DNA of 64,000 bases from an uncultured Candidatus Saccharibacteria bacterium (GCA_964651115.1 CAZYXJ010000001.1:42273-106272); one strand, 5' to 3'; numbered from the stretch's first letter, positions 1-10,167 are shown. Notes: generated by a model from the sequence alone, not told the origin. Numbers and translations are program-made.

Positions 1-519
1 TTCGGCATGGGCGCCGTCGGGCACGATTCCCACGCGCAGAAGCCATCGCGACATTGAGGTCATCCTGGCGCTGATTGGCAACCAGGTGAACCTCTTCGAA
101 CCATCGGCCGCGGTGGAAATGGAGAGCATTTTCTTGGCGTCTCGACCTTCGATGATGTAGGTTCGGGACGTATCAAGATTTTCCACCTGCCAGGAGGGGA
201 GCTTGAGGCGCTTGATGATCGCCGGCAGGTCTCGCAGGTCCTTGATCTCCACCCGGATCTGTCCGGTCTGGAGATTGGCATAGAGCGTGCGCCGCTGAGG
301 AATCGGGGTCCCTGTGGAATTTTCCCCTTTGACCACGAAGATGCCTTCGAAGTCTGCACGTTGTCCTTCGGGAATCCGGGCCAACGTTTCCGTCTTGTTC
401 TGAGCAACGTTTTCCTTGGTGACGAGGGAGACCTCCTCTTCGACCACGAGGGTGGTTGGAGGAGACGACCACAGGCTTGATGTGCTTAAAAGCACCGCCG
501 CCAACATTGTCCACTTCAT
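1..519 (-). CDS. Secreted hypothetical protein, partial (runs off the left edge; absent from the ORF track)
   Basis: ATG at 519 after GAAAGGAA. Open frame to position 1 reads MKWTMLAAVLLSTSSLWSSPPTTLVVEEEVSLVTKENVAQ..., with a signal-peptide-like N-terminus. Confidence 0.7.
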   Translation of the reverse strand, partial: MKWTMLAAVLLSTSSLWSSPPTTLVVEEEVSLVTKENVAQNKTETLARIPEGQRADFEGIFVVKGENSTGTPIPQRRTLYANLQTGQIRVEIKDLRDLPAIIKRLKLPSWQVENLDTSRTYIIEGRDAKKMLSISTAADGSKRFTWLPISARMTSMSRWLLRVGIVPDGAHAE

Positions 520-576
520 TGACAATTTTCCTTTCCGAGAGACTGGTCTCTCTTGAGAGTTCTTGTTTTGAGTTGG

Positions 577-1101
577 TTAGAATTTGACTTGATAGCAGGT
601 GTTGGTACACGGATCGCACACCAGCCCTGGGGAACTTGGGTCGCAGGGGAGACCTGCGCAAGTACACGTGCACCCTAGATAGCACTTTTTCCTTGGGCTG
701 GTGTGTTCAACGACGTGGTCAACAGTACAGCTGACCTGTGAACAGATACCGCCGACGGGTGTGCAGTACACATCGACGAGGTAAACTCCTGTGGGCTGAA
801 TGAATCCGCCGCCGCCTTCCCCGTTGGGAACCGGTGGCTCTGTCCCCAGTACGCAGTCTCGGCAATCTTGCTGCTGACAAGCATATAGCCAGTCGCAGTG
901 TGCCGTAAAGACGTAAGTCGTGCTCGACATACAAACGCCGAGGTTGCAAGGGCAAGCATTTCCGGCTTGGGGCGGGATCGACGGCGACCACGTTCCGCTC
1001 AGGGCACAGCACGAATCATCCGCTGCATACGCGGTCGTGGGGGACCAGATTCCCAATGTCATGGACCCGATTAGGGTCATGACGAACATCAACTGTCTCA
1101 T
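577..1101 (-). CDS. Secreted cysteine-rich protein (20 Cys in 174 aa)
   Basis: Signal peptide ending AYA-A, SD AAGGAG upstream, 20 Cys counted in the mature part. Confidence 0.75.
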   Translation of the reverse strand: MRQLMFVMTLIGSMTLGIWSPTTAYAADDSCCALSGTWSPSIPPQAGNACPCNLGVCMSSTTYVFTAHCDWLYACQQQDCRDCVLGTEPPVPNGEGGGGFIQPTGVYLVDVYCTPVGGICSQVSCTVDHVVEHTSPRKKCYLGCTCTCAGLPCDPSSPGLVCDPCTNTCYQVKF

Positions 1102-1178
1102 TCATTTCTCCTTTTGTCTTTCAGGAAGTCCAAAAATCTTTCGAGTCAGATTACATCAGCCGCTAACCGCGTTGGCAA

Positions 1179-2159
1179 TTAGCGCCGGTTGGCATCAAGG
1201 ACGCTGGGCGCCTTGGTGGCCAGGTTGTTCTTGGTAGCCAGAGTTTGCGCCTTAGATCGCAGGTCGCTGACGGGGCGATAGACTCCAAAACCAACCGATC
1301 GATGGTGGTAGAAGGTGAAGTAATCCGAAGCCGTCTCCTTGATTACTCCGCGATGATCCGCGTGGATGATTGAGAAAGTGTCCTTTTCCTTCACGGCGAT
1401 ACCGACATGAGGAATTTCCAGCCACTTTCCCCACGAAGCTCTTTTGGGGTTCTGTCGCCACGAGATAAGAGTGACAATATCGCCGCTTTTGATCTTGCTG
1501 GCCGCTTCGGCGACGTGCTCTTTGGGCACGTAGTCGATGGTGACCTTTTTGTCGGGGGGACAGTTTTCCAGCGCGTTGGCGATAGCTTCCGCTTTTTGCC
1601 GGCCGAGTTCGTTATCGTTTTCGCCCGTTTCGGCATTGTATTGACCGATTTTTAGGCCGCGGAGCTCTGCGGCGTACCGGAGATTGGCCTGGTAAGAGGC
1701 CACTGGTACACTAAGATCGAGCGTCACCTTTTCCAGCAAGCCCGAATCGAGAATGTCCTCGACGAACGGGCTGTGCTTGATTGGGCCGAGATTCGTTACG
1801 GGGCAGCGCAAAGCTTGCGTGCTCACGTAGAACTCGTTCCAATCTTGGGCAACGGCCTGTCCGACACTGCGCAGGATGAGGGTGAGGCAGTCAGCCGTAC
1901 GATAATCGTACAGGCCGCTGCCTAGCTTAAAGCTCGTCTCCTTCTGTAGCATCGCCGTTTGGGCGATGCGTTCGCCGAGCGGGACGTCGGCGTCCTGTTG
2001 CCGCTTAAGCGGCAAGTAGTCCGCCACGTCCTGGGCTAACCAGTTCTTCATTCCCGCCTCTTCCGCTCGGGCCACGGCGGCCTGTTCGGCCGGCGTGATG
2101 GCCAGAGCGGCCACGCTCGTCAGGAGCGTGGCCAGTACGGCAATCCACAACTTCTTCAT
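1179..2159 (-). CDS. Secreted DUF1460/AmiA-like N-acetylmuramoyl-L-alanine amidase (NlpC/P60 superfamily)
   Basis: Signal peptide; DCLT catalytic Cys motif, HVGIA and IHA His motifs; SD AAGGAG. Confidence 0.65.
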   Translation of the reverse strand: MKKLWIAVLATLLTSVAALAITPAEQAAVARAEEAGMKNWLAQDVADYLPLKRQQDADVPLGERIAQTAMLQKETSFKLGSGLYDYRTADCLTLILRSVGQAVAQDWNEFYVSTQALRCPVTNLGPIKHSPFVEDILDSGLLEKVTLDLSVPVASYQANLRYAAELRGLKIGQYNAETGENDNELGRQKAEAIANALENCPPDKKVTIDYVPKEHVAEAASKIKSGDIVTLISWRQNPKRASWGKWLEIPHVGIAVKEKDTFSIIHADHRGVIKETASDYFTFYHHRSVGFGVYRPVSDLRSKAQTLATKNNLATKAPSVLDANRR

Positions 2160-2342
2160 ACCTGTCTCCTTACCTTATTTGGAGTCTGTCATCTCCCCGA
2201 GCAGTACCATACTGCTCTTGCTGGGGCACTACTATTTACTGATTGAAATTGGCAAAGTCCAGTCCGTTGGGTAGTGTAAATTATGTAAACGAGTTCGTCA
2301 ATGGCAGTTGGGGAATGGGATTCGTGTGTTATAATGCGCCTC

Positions 2343-3284
2343 ATGAATACCAAAACAACGGCGCGGGATTTTTTCCTGCAACTGGGAGTGACGGTGACGC
2401 TCTACGTGAGTGCTGTCAGTTTGCTGACCTTGCTCTTCCAGATTATTAATTTAGCTTTTCCGGATGCGCTCGAGTCCCGTTATTACGTCGACCCATACTC
2501 CACGGGCATGCGCTGGGCGATTGCCTGCCTCTTTATCGTTTTTCCGCTCTACTTGGTGCTCTCGTGGTTGGCCAACCGTGATTATCGTCGGGAGCCAGCC
2601 AAGCGCGAGCTCGGCATCCGCAAGTGGCTCATCTTTTTTACGCTCTTCGTGGCGGGGGTGGCGCTGGCCGTCGATCTGATTACGCTCATTAACTACTTTT
2701 TGGGCGGCGAGATTACGATCCGCTTCGTGCTTAAAGTCTTGGCGGTACTGGTGGTGGCGGCCGTCATCTTTGCCTATTACTTGGTGGAGGTCCGGCGCGA
2801 GCAGGGGTGGTCGCGGAGCGCCAATCGTGCCTTTGCCTGGGTGGATGGCGCGGCGGTCCTCGGGGCGATCATTCTTGGCTTTGTGGTGATGGGTTCGCCC
2901 TTTACCGTCCGGCTGGGACGTTTTGATCAGCAAAAGGTTTATGATTTAGAAAATATCCAGTGGCAGGTGATTGACTACTACCAGCGCCAAGCGCATCTCC
3001 CAGCTGATTTGGCCGCTCTGACCGACTCGATCGGTGGCTGGAGCGCGCCGCTTGATCCCCAGACTGGCCAGCCGTACGACTACCGGATGGTAACGCCGCT
3101 CTCCTTTGAGCTCTGTGCGGACTTTAATCGTGAAAGCGCCCCAAGCCAAGACAAGAGCTTGACGCGGCCGATTGAGCCGACCTTCTCTAACTGGGAGCAC
3201 GCGGCGGGGCGGCAGTGCTTTGCTCGCGTCATTGATCCGGTCCGCTATCCAGTGAACAAACTCAATGGAGACGTACGATCATAA
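2343..3284 (+). CDS. DUF5671-type multi-TM membrane protein with soluble C-terminal domain
   Basis: About 5 TM helices and an ARDFFL N-terminus typical of this Parcubacteria family; TG-n-TATAAT (2330-2335) 7 nt before ATG 2343. Confidence 0.7.
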   Translation: MNTKTTARDFFLQLGVTVTLYVSAVSLLTLLFQIINLAFPDALESRYYVDPYSTGMRWAIACLFIVFPLYLVLSWLANRDYRREPAKRELGIRKWLIFFTLFVAGVALAVDLITLINYFLGGEITIRFVLKVLAVLVVAAVIFAYYLVEVRREQGWSRSANRAFAWVDGAAVLGAIILGFVVMGSPFTVRLGRFDQQKVYDLENIQWQVIDYYQRQAHLPADLAALTDSIGGWSAPLDPQTGQPYDYRMVTPLSFELCADFNRESAPSQDKSLTRPIEPTFSNWEHAAGRQCFARVIDPVRYPVNKLNGDVRS

Positions 3285-5544
3285 AAAGATAGAGTCGAAG
3301 TGGCGCGCGGCTTGGCGGGAGGCGCGCGCTTGGGCCACCCCGGCGACGCTGGCTGGACCAAAGACTTACGTGCTCGACATGTTCCCTTACCCCTCAGGCG
3401 AGGGTCTGCACGTGGGCCATCCCAAGGGTTACATCGCCACCGACATTTATTCCCGCTGGCGGCGGATGTGTGGCGATGCCGTGCTCCATCCGATGGGCTG
3501 GGACGCCTTTGGTTTGCCAGCCGAGAACTACGCGCTTAAGAATCACGTTCACCCCCGGCAGGCCGTGGAAAAGAATATTGCTCGCTTTAAGGAACAACTT
3601 TCGCTCTTGGGTTTTGATTATGATTGGGAGCGGGAGATTAACACGACGGATCCGGAGTATTATCGCTGGACGCAATGGATCTTTCTTAAACTCTACGAGC
3701 GCGGTTTAGCGTACCAGTCGCATGAGCCGATCAATTGGTGCCCGTCCTGCCAGACTGGTTTGGCCAACGAAGATCTGGAGGATGGCAAGTGCGAGCGCTG
3801 TGGCAGTGTGGTGGAAAAGCGTCCACTCCGGCAGTGGGTGCTTAAGATTACCGATTACGCCGATCGGCTGCTGGCCGATCTGGAGCCACTCTGTTGGCCG
3901 GAGTCGATTAAAGAATCTCAGCGCCACTGGATTGGCCGGAGCGAGGGGGCCGAGTTTGATTTTGCGCTCGAGGGTCGGACGGAGAAGTTGACTGTTTTTA
4001 CCACGCGACCCGATACGCTCTATGGCGTGACCTTTGTGGCGATTGCGCCGGAACTGGCTCTTAAATTGGGCGCGGCGGGGGAAGTTAAAAGTTTTTCCGA
4101 GACGGAAGTGGCCCGCCGCGCGGCAGCTGGCTTTAAGGAGGATCCGGCCAAGCGGGGGCTGGATACCGGCTGGCGCGCGCAACATCCGGCGACGGGCGAG
4201 TCGGTGCCGGTGTGGGTGACGAATTATGTTTTGGCGGACGTGGGGACTGGCGCCGTTATGGGCGTCCCGATGCACGATGAGCGCGACTTTGAGTTTGCCC
4301 AAAAATACAATTTACCAAATTCTGAGGCCGCGCTAATTTCTGCGGATGAGGCGTTGCGAGTGGGGAGTGGTCGGGCGCGGGTGACGTATCGTCTCCGCGA
4401 TTGGGTGTTTTCGCGTCAGCGCTACTGGGGCGAGCCGATCCCAATGATCCATTGTGCTAAGTGCGGCACCGTGCCGGTGCCAGAAAAAGATTTGCCGGTG
4501 CGCTTGCCGGAGGTCGAGCGCTACGAGCCCACCGGCACTGGCGAGTCACCACTGGCGGCGATTACCGATTGGGTTAACACGACTTGTCCTACCTGCGGCG
4601 GCCCCGCCAAGCGCGAGACCAACACTATGCCGCAGTGGGCCGGCTCGAGCTGGTATTATTTGCGCTATCTTGATCCGCGAAATGATTCTGCACTGGTTGA
4701 TCCGGCGCGTGAGCAGTATTGGTCGCCGGTCGATGTGTATGTCGGCGGCGCCGAGCACGCCACACGTCACTTAATTTACGCGCGTTTTTGGCACAAATTT
4801 TTACACGATATTGGCGTGGTGAGCCGGACCGAACCTTTCCAGCGCCTCGAGCACGTGGGCCTGATCTTGGCCGAAGATGGTCGCAAGATGAGTAAGCGCT
4901 TTGGCAACGTCATTAACCCTGACGAAATCGTGGAGCGTTACGGCGCCGACACTTTGCGTTTGTACGAAATGTTTTTGGGGCCATTTAATCAGGCGGTGGC
5001 TTGGAGTACCGAAAGTATTATTGGCCCGCGCCGCTTTATTGAACGAGTGTGGCGTTTGGCTGGTGCTGTTGATCGGTCTGGCGAGGCGCCGCGGTGGACA
5101 GAACTTAATCGGGTGATTGAGAAGGTGGGCGCCGACATTGCGGCCTTTAAGTTTAATACGGCGATCTCCGCGCTGATGATTGCGGTGAGTGAGCTGGAGA
5201 CCTTGCCGGCCGTGGCTCAGGCGGATTTTGAGACTCTGCTTAAGCTCTTGGCGCCCTTTGCTCCTCACGTCACGGAGGAGTTGTGGCAGAGTTTGGGCCA
5301 CGCTGATTCGATACACCAAGCCGGTTGGCCCGCGGCTATGGCGGGGGAGTGGCAGGCGCGCGTCAAAATCGTCATCCAGGTTAATGGGGTCAAGCGGGGC
5401 GAACTAGAGCTCTCTGGCGACTATCTGGAAGCAGAGGTCGTCGCCCAAGCCCAGGTCTTGCCCGAGGTGGCTAAGTGGCTGGCGGGCCAGAGCGTCAAGC
5501 GGACGGTCTATAAGCCGGGCCGGTTAATCAACTTCGTGGTCTAA
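3265..5544 (+). CDS. leuS: Leucine--tRNA ligase
   Basis: MFPYPSG, HVGH, FTTRPDT editing motif, DWVFSRQRYWG, KMSKR. Confidence 0.98.
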   Translation: METYDHKKIESKWRAAWREARAWATPATLAGPKTYVLDMFPYPSGEGLHVGHPKGYIATDIYSRWRRMCGDAVLHPMGWDAFGLPAENYALKNHVHPRQAVEKNIARFKEQLSLLGFDYDWEREINTTDPEYYRWTQWIFLKLYERGLAYQSHEPINWCPSCQTGLANEDLEDGKCERCGSVVEKRPLRQWVLKITDYADRLLADLEPLCWPESIKESQRHWIGRSEGAEFDFALEGRTEKLTVFTTRPDTLYGVTFVAIAPELALKLGAAGEVKSFSETEVARRAAAGFKEDPAKRGLDTGWRAQHPATGESVPVWVTNYVLADVGTGAVMGVPMHDERDFEFAQKYNLPNSEAALISADEALRVGSGRARVTYRLRDWVFSRQRYWGEPIPMIHCAKCGTVPVPEKDLPVRLPEVERYEPTGTGESPLAAITDWVNTTCPTCGGPAKRETNTMPQWAGSSWYYLRYLDPRNDSALVDPAREQYWSPVDVYVGGAEHATRHLIYARFWHKFLHDIGVVSRTEPFQRLEHVGLILAEDGRKMSKRFGNVINPDEIVERYGADTLRLYEMFLGPFNQAVAWSTESIIGPRRFIERVWRLAGAVDRSGEAPRWTELNRVIEKVGADIAAFKFNTAISALMIAVSELETLPAVAQADFETLLKLLAPFAPHVTEELWQSLGHADSIHQAGWPAAMAGEWQARVKIVIQVNGVKRGELELSGDYLEAEVVAQAQVLPEVAKWLAGQSVKRTVYKPGRLINFVV

Positions 5545-5598
5545 TTCTTGACTGTTTACGGGGTATATGATACAAATAATTCAATAAATTAAACCAAT

Positions 5599-6633
5599 AT
5601 GGTCAAAGAAGTTATTACGTTTAAGCCGAAAAAGGTGGTCAAGGAGCTTTTGGCTGGCGTCCCAGAGCGGGCGCGTCATATTATTACCCTTCGTTATGGT
5701 CTAGAAGAGTCCGAGCGCCTGACGTTGGAGGCGATTGGTAAAATCTATTCGATTACCCGTGAGCGGGTGCGCCAGATCGAGGACTTTACTCTTAAGTCAA
5801 TCAAGAAATCTGGGGCCGTCGATACTCGTCGAGATGTTTTTCGCGAATTAGAGCTGGCGATGGAAGAGTACGGTGGAATTGTCCATGAGCGAGAATTTTT
5901 AGAATATGTTTCTCCCAAGGATGAGGTGGTACAAAATATTATCCACTTTTTGTTGGTGCTTGGTGACTCGTTCGATAAATTAAAGGAGGACGAATCTTTT
6001 CATCATCGCTGGACGACTGATCGAGATTTAGCTCACGCTATTCACGAGTCACTTAAAAATTTGTGCGTTCAGATCTCCGATAATGATTTGCTGAGCGAAG
6101 AAGAGTTGATTGCTTTGTTTAAGAAAAATTTGGTGGCCAAAATCGCGCCGGCCAAGGCCGAGAAGCATGGGCGCACCTGGCTCAATCTTTCTAAAGAAGT
6201 CGGTCAGAGCCCGATTGGCGAGTGGGGTTTAACCAAATCTCCCAACGTTAAGGTGCGTGGCATTCGTGACTATGCTTATTTAATTATGCGCAAGCATGGT
6301 TCGCCGATGCATTTTACCGAAGTGGCTAAGGCCATCGAGACCGCTTTTAAAAAGAAGGCTAATCCCGCTACTTGTCATAACGAGTTGATTAAGGACGAGC
6401 GTTTTGTGTTGGTTGGTCGCGGTATCTATGCTTTGGCCGAATGGGGTTACGCCAAGGGCGTGGTGCGCGATGTGATCCGCGCCGTTCTTAAGGCCAATGG
6501 CCCCCTAACCAAAGACGAAATTTTAGAGAAGGTGCTCAAGGAGCGTTACGTTAAGGAAAATACGATCATCGTCAATCTCAAAAATTCTAAACACTTTAAG
6601 CACGACAAAGCGGGACGTTATTCGACGGTTTAG
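5599..6633 (+). CDS. Sigma-70 region 4-like HTH protein with C-terminal winged-helix (HARE-HTH/RNAP delta-like) domains
   Basis: LTLEAIGKIYSITRERVRQIE sigma-4 motif; C-terminal HNELIKDERFVLVGRGIYAL; no sigma region 2. Confidence 0.75.
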   Translation: MVKEVITFKPKKVVKELLAGVPERARHIITLRYGLEESERLTLEAIGKIYSITRERVRQIEDFTLKSIKKSGAVDTRRDVFRELELAMEEYGGIVHEREFLEYVSPKDEVVQNIIHFLLVLGDSFDKLKEDESFHHRWTTDRDLAHAIHESLKNLCVQISDNDLLSEEELIALFKKNLVAKIAPAKAEKHGRTWLNLSKEVGQSPIGEWGLTKSPNVKVRGIRDYAYLIMRKHGSPMHFTEVAKAIETAFKKKANPATCHNELIKDERFVLVGRGIYALAEWGYAKGVVRDVIRAVLKANGPLTKDEILEKVLKERYVKENTIIVNLKNSKHFKHDKAGRYSTV

Positions 6634-6674
6634 GGCTGGTCAGCTGGGGTGGTTCTTTACTATAATAAAACTAA

Positions 6675-7931
6675 ATGGACTGGAGTCTTTTTTGGTCAGC
6701 GTCACTCGGCTACTTGTTTGGCGTCATTTTGCGGAGTGCGGTAGTGTGGTTGCCGCTGACTCTGGCTTATTTGTGGTGGGTGTTGCGGCTAGACGCGCTT
6801 CGGATTAAGACCATTGCGAGCCAGCAGCCGGTGTTGCTTGAAGTTAAGCTCCCGAAAGAGATTTTAAAATCACCCCAGGCGATGGAGTTGGTGATTACTT
6901 CGCTCTCCTTTAGCGGCGCGGCGACTTATCTAGAAACTTATCTTAAGGGCAAGATTAAACCTTGGTCGTCTTTGGAGATTGTCTCGCTGGGCGGCGCGGT
7001 TAAATTTTATTTTTGGCTGCAGGATCCGGGCAAAAAAAACACGGTTGAGTCGCAGATTTATGCTCAGTATCCCGGAGTGGAAGTGCGCGAGGTGCCCGAT
7101 TACACGCTCGAAGCGTATGATCCTGAAAAATATAATATGTGGGCCGGACATTTTAAGTTGTCTAGTGATAATGTTTTGCCGATCAAAACCTACATTGATT
7201 ATGGTTTAGACAAAAATCCCAAGGAGGAGCACAAGGTTGATCCCATTACGGTCATGCTTGAGTATTTGGGTTCGTTGCGTCCTGGGGAGCAGTGCTGGAT
7301 CCAGATTCTTATCCAGGCTCACGGCAAAGAAGGACTGAAAGAAGGTCGGCTCTACGAAAAAGCGAGCTGGGTCAAAGCGGGTGAGAAAAAAATTGAAGAA
7401 ATTATCAAAAAAGCCACTCCGCCGGATGGTAAGGGTCCACCTAATTTGACTCCCGGTCAGCTCGACATTATTAAGGCCATCGAGCGCGACATCAGTAAAA
7501 TTCCTTTCGAAACAATGATTCGAGGTTTGTATATCGCCACCAAGGAGGCTTTTAATCCTTCTAATATTGGTGGAATGATTGGCACTTTTCGCCAGTATAA
7601 CGCGCCCAACCTCAATGGCTTTAAAATTGGTTGGAACAGTGATCACAAGGCTCTGGGCAAAGATTTGGTGACCTTGTTTGGTTTTATCCCGTGGTTTAAT
7701 AATCACATGGCTAAACGTAAACTCAAGCAGGAGCGCGCCCTGTTTGATGCCTATCGCAAGCGCTCTTTTTTCTACTGGCCGTACGCGGGCTTGGGCAAAG
7801 ACCAGTCTTTTATTATGAATACCGAAGAGTTGGCGACGATCTTTCATTTCCCTGGTCAGGTCGCGGGGACGCCAACTTTGACCAAGATTGAGTCTAAGCG
7901 CGCCGAGCCTCCGGTTAACTTGCCCATCTAG
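6675..7931 (+). CDS. Conserved membrane-anchored hypothetical protein
   Basis: 418-aa ORF with N-terminal TM; SLEI...IYAQYP and EELATIFHFP motifs I recall from Patescibacteria proteins; leaderless TATAAT at 6661. Confidence 0.7.
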   Translation: MDWSLFWSASLGYLFGVILRSAVVWLPLTLAYLWWVLRLDALRIKTIASQQPVLLEVKLPKEILKSPQAMELVITSLSFSGAATYLETYLKGKIKPWSSLEIVSLGGAVKFYFWLQDPGKKNTVESQIYAQYPGVEVREVPDYTLEAYDPEKYNMWAGHFKLSSDNVLPIKTYIDYGLDKNPKEEHKVDPITVMLEYLGSLRPGEQCWIQILIQAHGKEGLKEGRLYEKASWVKAGEKKIEEIIKKATPPDGKGPPNLTPGQLDIIKAIERDISKIPFETMIRGLYIATKEAFNPSNIGGMIGTFRQYNAPNLNGFKIGWNSDHKALGKDLVTLFGFIPWFNNHMAKRKLKQERALFDAYRKRSFFYWPYAGLGKDQSFIMNTEELATIFHFPGQVAGTPTLTKIESKRAEPPVNLPI

Positions 7932-7933
7932 TA

Positions 7934-8818
7934 ATGCTTTCGGGACGTTTTTTCTGGTGGTTGGTGGCGGTAGCTATTTTGGCTTTGGGAACAGTCGGGT
8001 TGATTTCTATCTTGCCGCCGGCGAACTTTCCCGTTAATCAGATTGTGACGGTGGCGCCTGGTAGCACGGTAATTGATTTGGCGAAAGAGCTTCGCGCGCG
8101 AGGAGTGGTGAGGAGCGCGCGCGTCTATTCTTATTTGGCGCGTCATTTTAGGGCCGGCGAACTTAAAGCCGGTTATTACGAATTCGAACGGCCTCTGCCC
8201 GTTTTTTCGGTGGTCGAGCGTTTCAATCAGGGTATTTTTACTTTTTCGCCCGTCAAGATCACGATCCCCGAAGGTTGGAGTAACGAGAAAATTGCCGAGC
8301 GCTTAGGTGAGCGTCTAAGCGGCTTTGATAAAGAGGAATTTTTGCGTTTGGCCGAACCCTGGTCAGGGCAACTCTTTCCCGATACTTACTTTTTCCCGCC
8401 CCACACTGACCCCGCCACGGCCGTCGCTATTTTGCAGGCCCAGTTTAAAAATCAAATGGTTGAGATCCTACCTAAAATCGAAGCCGCCGGTCGCACTTTG
8501 CCCGAGGTGCTTGGACTCGCCGCCTTGATTGAGGGCGAAGTGCCCGGGATCAAAGATCGCCGCTTGGTGGCTGGTATTTTGTGGAAGCGTTACGACACCG
8601 ATCACTTACTCCAAGTAGATGTGGCCACCAGCACTTACGAAACTTTGGGTTTACCGGCGCGGCCGATTGTTAATCCCGGCTTAGAGGCGATTGAGGCGAC
8701 GCTTGAGTTTACGGAGTCACCTTTTTGGTTTTATCTTTCCGATCAGGAGGGAGTGACGCGTTACGCTAAGACGTATGCTGAGCATCAAGCTAATATTGCT
8801 AAGTATTTGCGAGACTAG
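7934..8818 (+). CDS. mltG: Endolytic transglycosylase MltG (YceG-like)
   Basis: N-terminal TM, LKAGYY, ITIPEG, LFPDTY, IEGE catalytic Glu, GLP-PI-NPG, C-terminal EH..N..KY. Confidence 0.88.
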   Translation: MLSGRFFWWLVAVAILALGTVGLISILPPANFPVNQIVTVAPGSTVIDLAKELRARGVVRSARVYSYLARHFRAGELKAGYYEFERPLPVFSVVERFNQGIFTFSPVKITIPEGWSNEKIAERLGERLSGFDKEEFLRLAEPWSGQLFPDTYFFPPHTDPATAVAILQAQFKNQMVEILPKIEAAGRTLPEVLGLAALIEGEVPGIKDRRLVAGILWKRYDTDHLLQVDVATSTYETLGLPARPIVNPGLEAIEATLEFTESPFWFYLSDQEGVTRYAKTYAEHQANIAKYLRD

Positions 8819-8844
8819 TGGTCACGCCGTATAATTGGTGATCT

Positions 8845-9399
8845 ATGAAAAAACACAATCTGGCTTTTATTGATGTTGAGACCACGGGCCTTGATCCTGA
8901 TCGTCACGAGATAATCGAAATTGGCTGTATTGTGGCGAAGCAAGTTCCGAGCGGCAACGGTCGGGGAGCGACCTTAGAAATTTTGGAAGAATTTGAAAGC
9001 AAGGTTAAACCCGAACATTTAGAAACGGCCGAGCCCGAGGCGCTCCGCGTTAATGGTTACAATAGCGGCGATTGGCTCTTTGCCCCCGATTTAACTCAGG
9101 TAATGAAAACGGTGGCCGAGATTACGCCTGGCGCCAACATCATCGGGCAGAATGTTTTTTTTGATTGGCAGTTCGTGGATCGCGCTTTTAAAAAAACGGG
9201 GGTGCCAAATCGGATGCATTATCATCGCCTGGATTTGATGTCGATGGTCTTCGCCAAATGCTACCACGATGAGCGTCTCCAGCGCTTTAATCTCGGATCA
9301 CTTTGCGAATATTTTGGTGTTAAAAATGACGCCGCTCACACGGCTTTGGCCGACATCCGCGCGACGGTTGAAGTTTATAAGAAGTTGTTAGAGATTTAA
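8845..9399 (+). CDS. DEDDh 3'-5' exonuclease (DnaQ/oligoribonuclease-like)
   Basis: FIDVETTGL, QNVFFD and HTALAD motifs. Confidence 0.9.
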   Translation: MKKHNLAFIDVETTGLDPDRHEIIEIGCIVAKQVPSGNGRGATLEILEEFESKVKPEHLETAEPEALRVNGYNSGDWLFAPDLTQVMKTVAEITPGANIIGQNVFFDWQFVDRAFKKTGVPNRMHYHRLDLMSMVFAKCYHDERLQRFNLGSLCEYFGVKNDAAHTALADIRATVEVYKKLLEI

Positions 9400-9402
9400 T
9401 TT

Positions 9403-10167
9403 CTACTCCAGCAACAAGAGGAGATACATCAGGCCGATGCCCGAGATAAAGGCGGCGGCTTGCACCAGGCTCTTTTTAAGATCGCGCGTTTTGTGTAGTT
9501 CGGGCACTAGATCCGAACCGGCGATGTAGAGGAAGGAGCCAGCGGCCAGCGGTAGGAGAATTGATTGGACGGCTTCGAGTTGGGTGCCGAGGGCAAAGAC
9601 TAATAGCGCGCCCAAAACAGCTGCCAGGGCCGAGAGGAGATTAAACCACAGCGCTTGTCGTTTGCTGTAACCGGCATGCAAGAGGATGCCAAAGTCGCCA
9701 ATTTCCTGAGGAATTTCGTGCAGGATCACGGCGAGAGTGGTGGCGAGACCGAGGGGGATGCTGGCTAGAAAGCTGGCCGCAATGGCAATGCCATCAAGGA
9801 AATTGTGCAGACCATCCGCGAGAAGGTTGATTTTCCCCAATGGTTGGATGTGGGAATGGTGGCAATCAACGCATTGGTCTAATTCGTGATGATGATCCCA
9901 GTGGAGAAATTTTTCTAGTCCAAAGAGAACGACGATGCCCACTAAGATCCACAGGGCGGCGGTGGTTGGCTCGGCAGCGGCGACGAAAATCTCAGGGATA
10001 AGGTGCAGGAGCGCGTCGCCAAAGAGCGAGCCAGCGGCGAGGGCGACTAGGGCGAAGATGCCTCGCCGCAAAAGCTTTTCGTTGATGGAGAGCGTGAGGA
10101 TCCCAACTAGCGAAATGGCGCTGACGGCCAGGACGCTCAAGATGGTGCCGGTAAATGGGGTAAGCAT
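9403..10167 (-). CDS. ZIP family zinc/divalent metal transporter
   Basis: HNFLDG, HEIPQE and a His-rich loop; start moved to ATG 10167. Confidence 0.92.
   Translation of the reverse strand: MLTPFTGTILSVLAVSAISLVGILTLSINEKLLRRGIFALVALAAGSLFGDALLHLIPEIFVAAAEPTTAALWILVGIVVLFGLEKFLHWDHHHELDQCVDCHHSHIQPLGKINLLADGLHNFLDGIAIAASFLASIPLGLATTLAVILHEIPQEIGDFGILLHAGYSKRQALWFNLLSALAAVLGALLVFALGTQLEAVQSILLPLAAGSFLYIAGSDLVPELHKTRDLKKSLVQAAAFISGIGLMYLLLLLE

Noticed and set aside
60-685. ORF-track ORFs 60..407 and 173..685
   Set aside because: Alternative frames over the better-supported CDS 1..519, which has an SD and signal peptide, and over the end of the Cys-rich gene.
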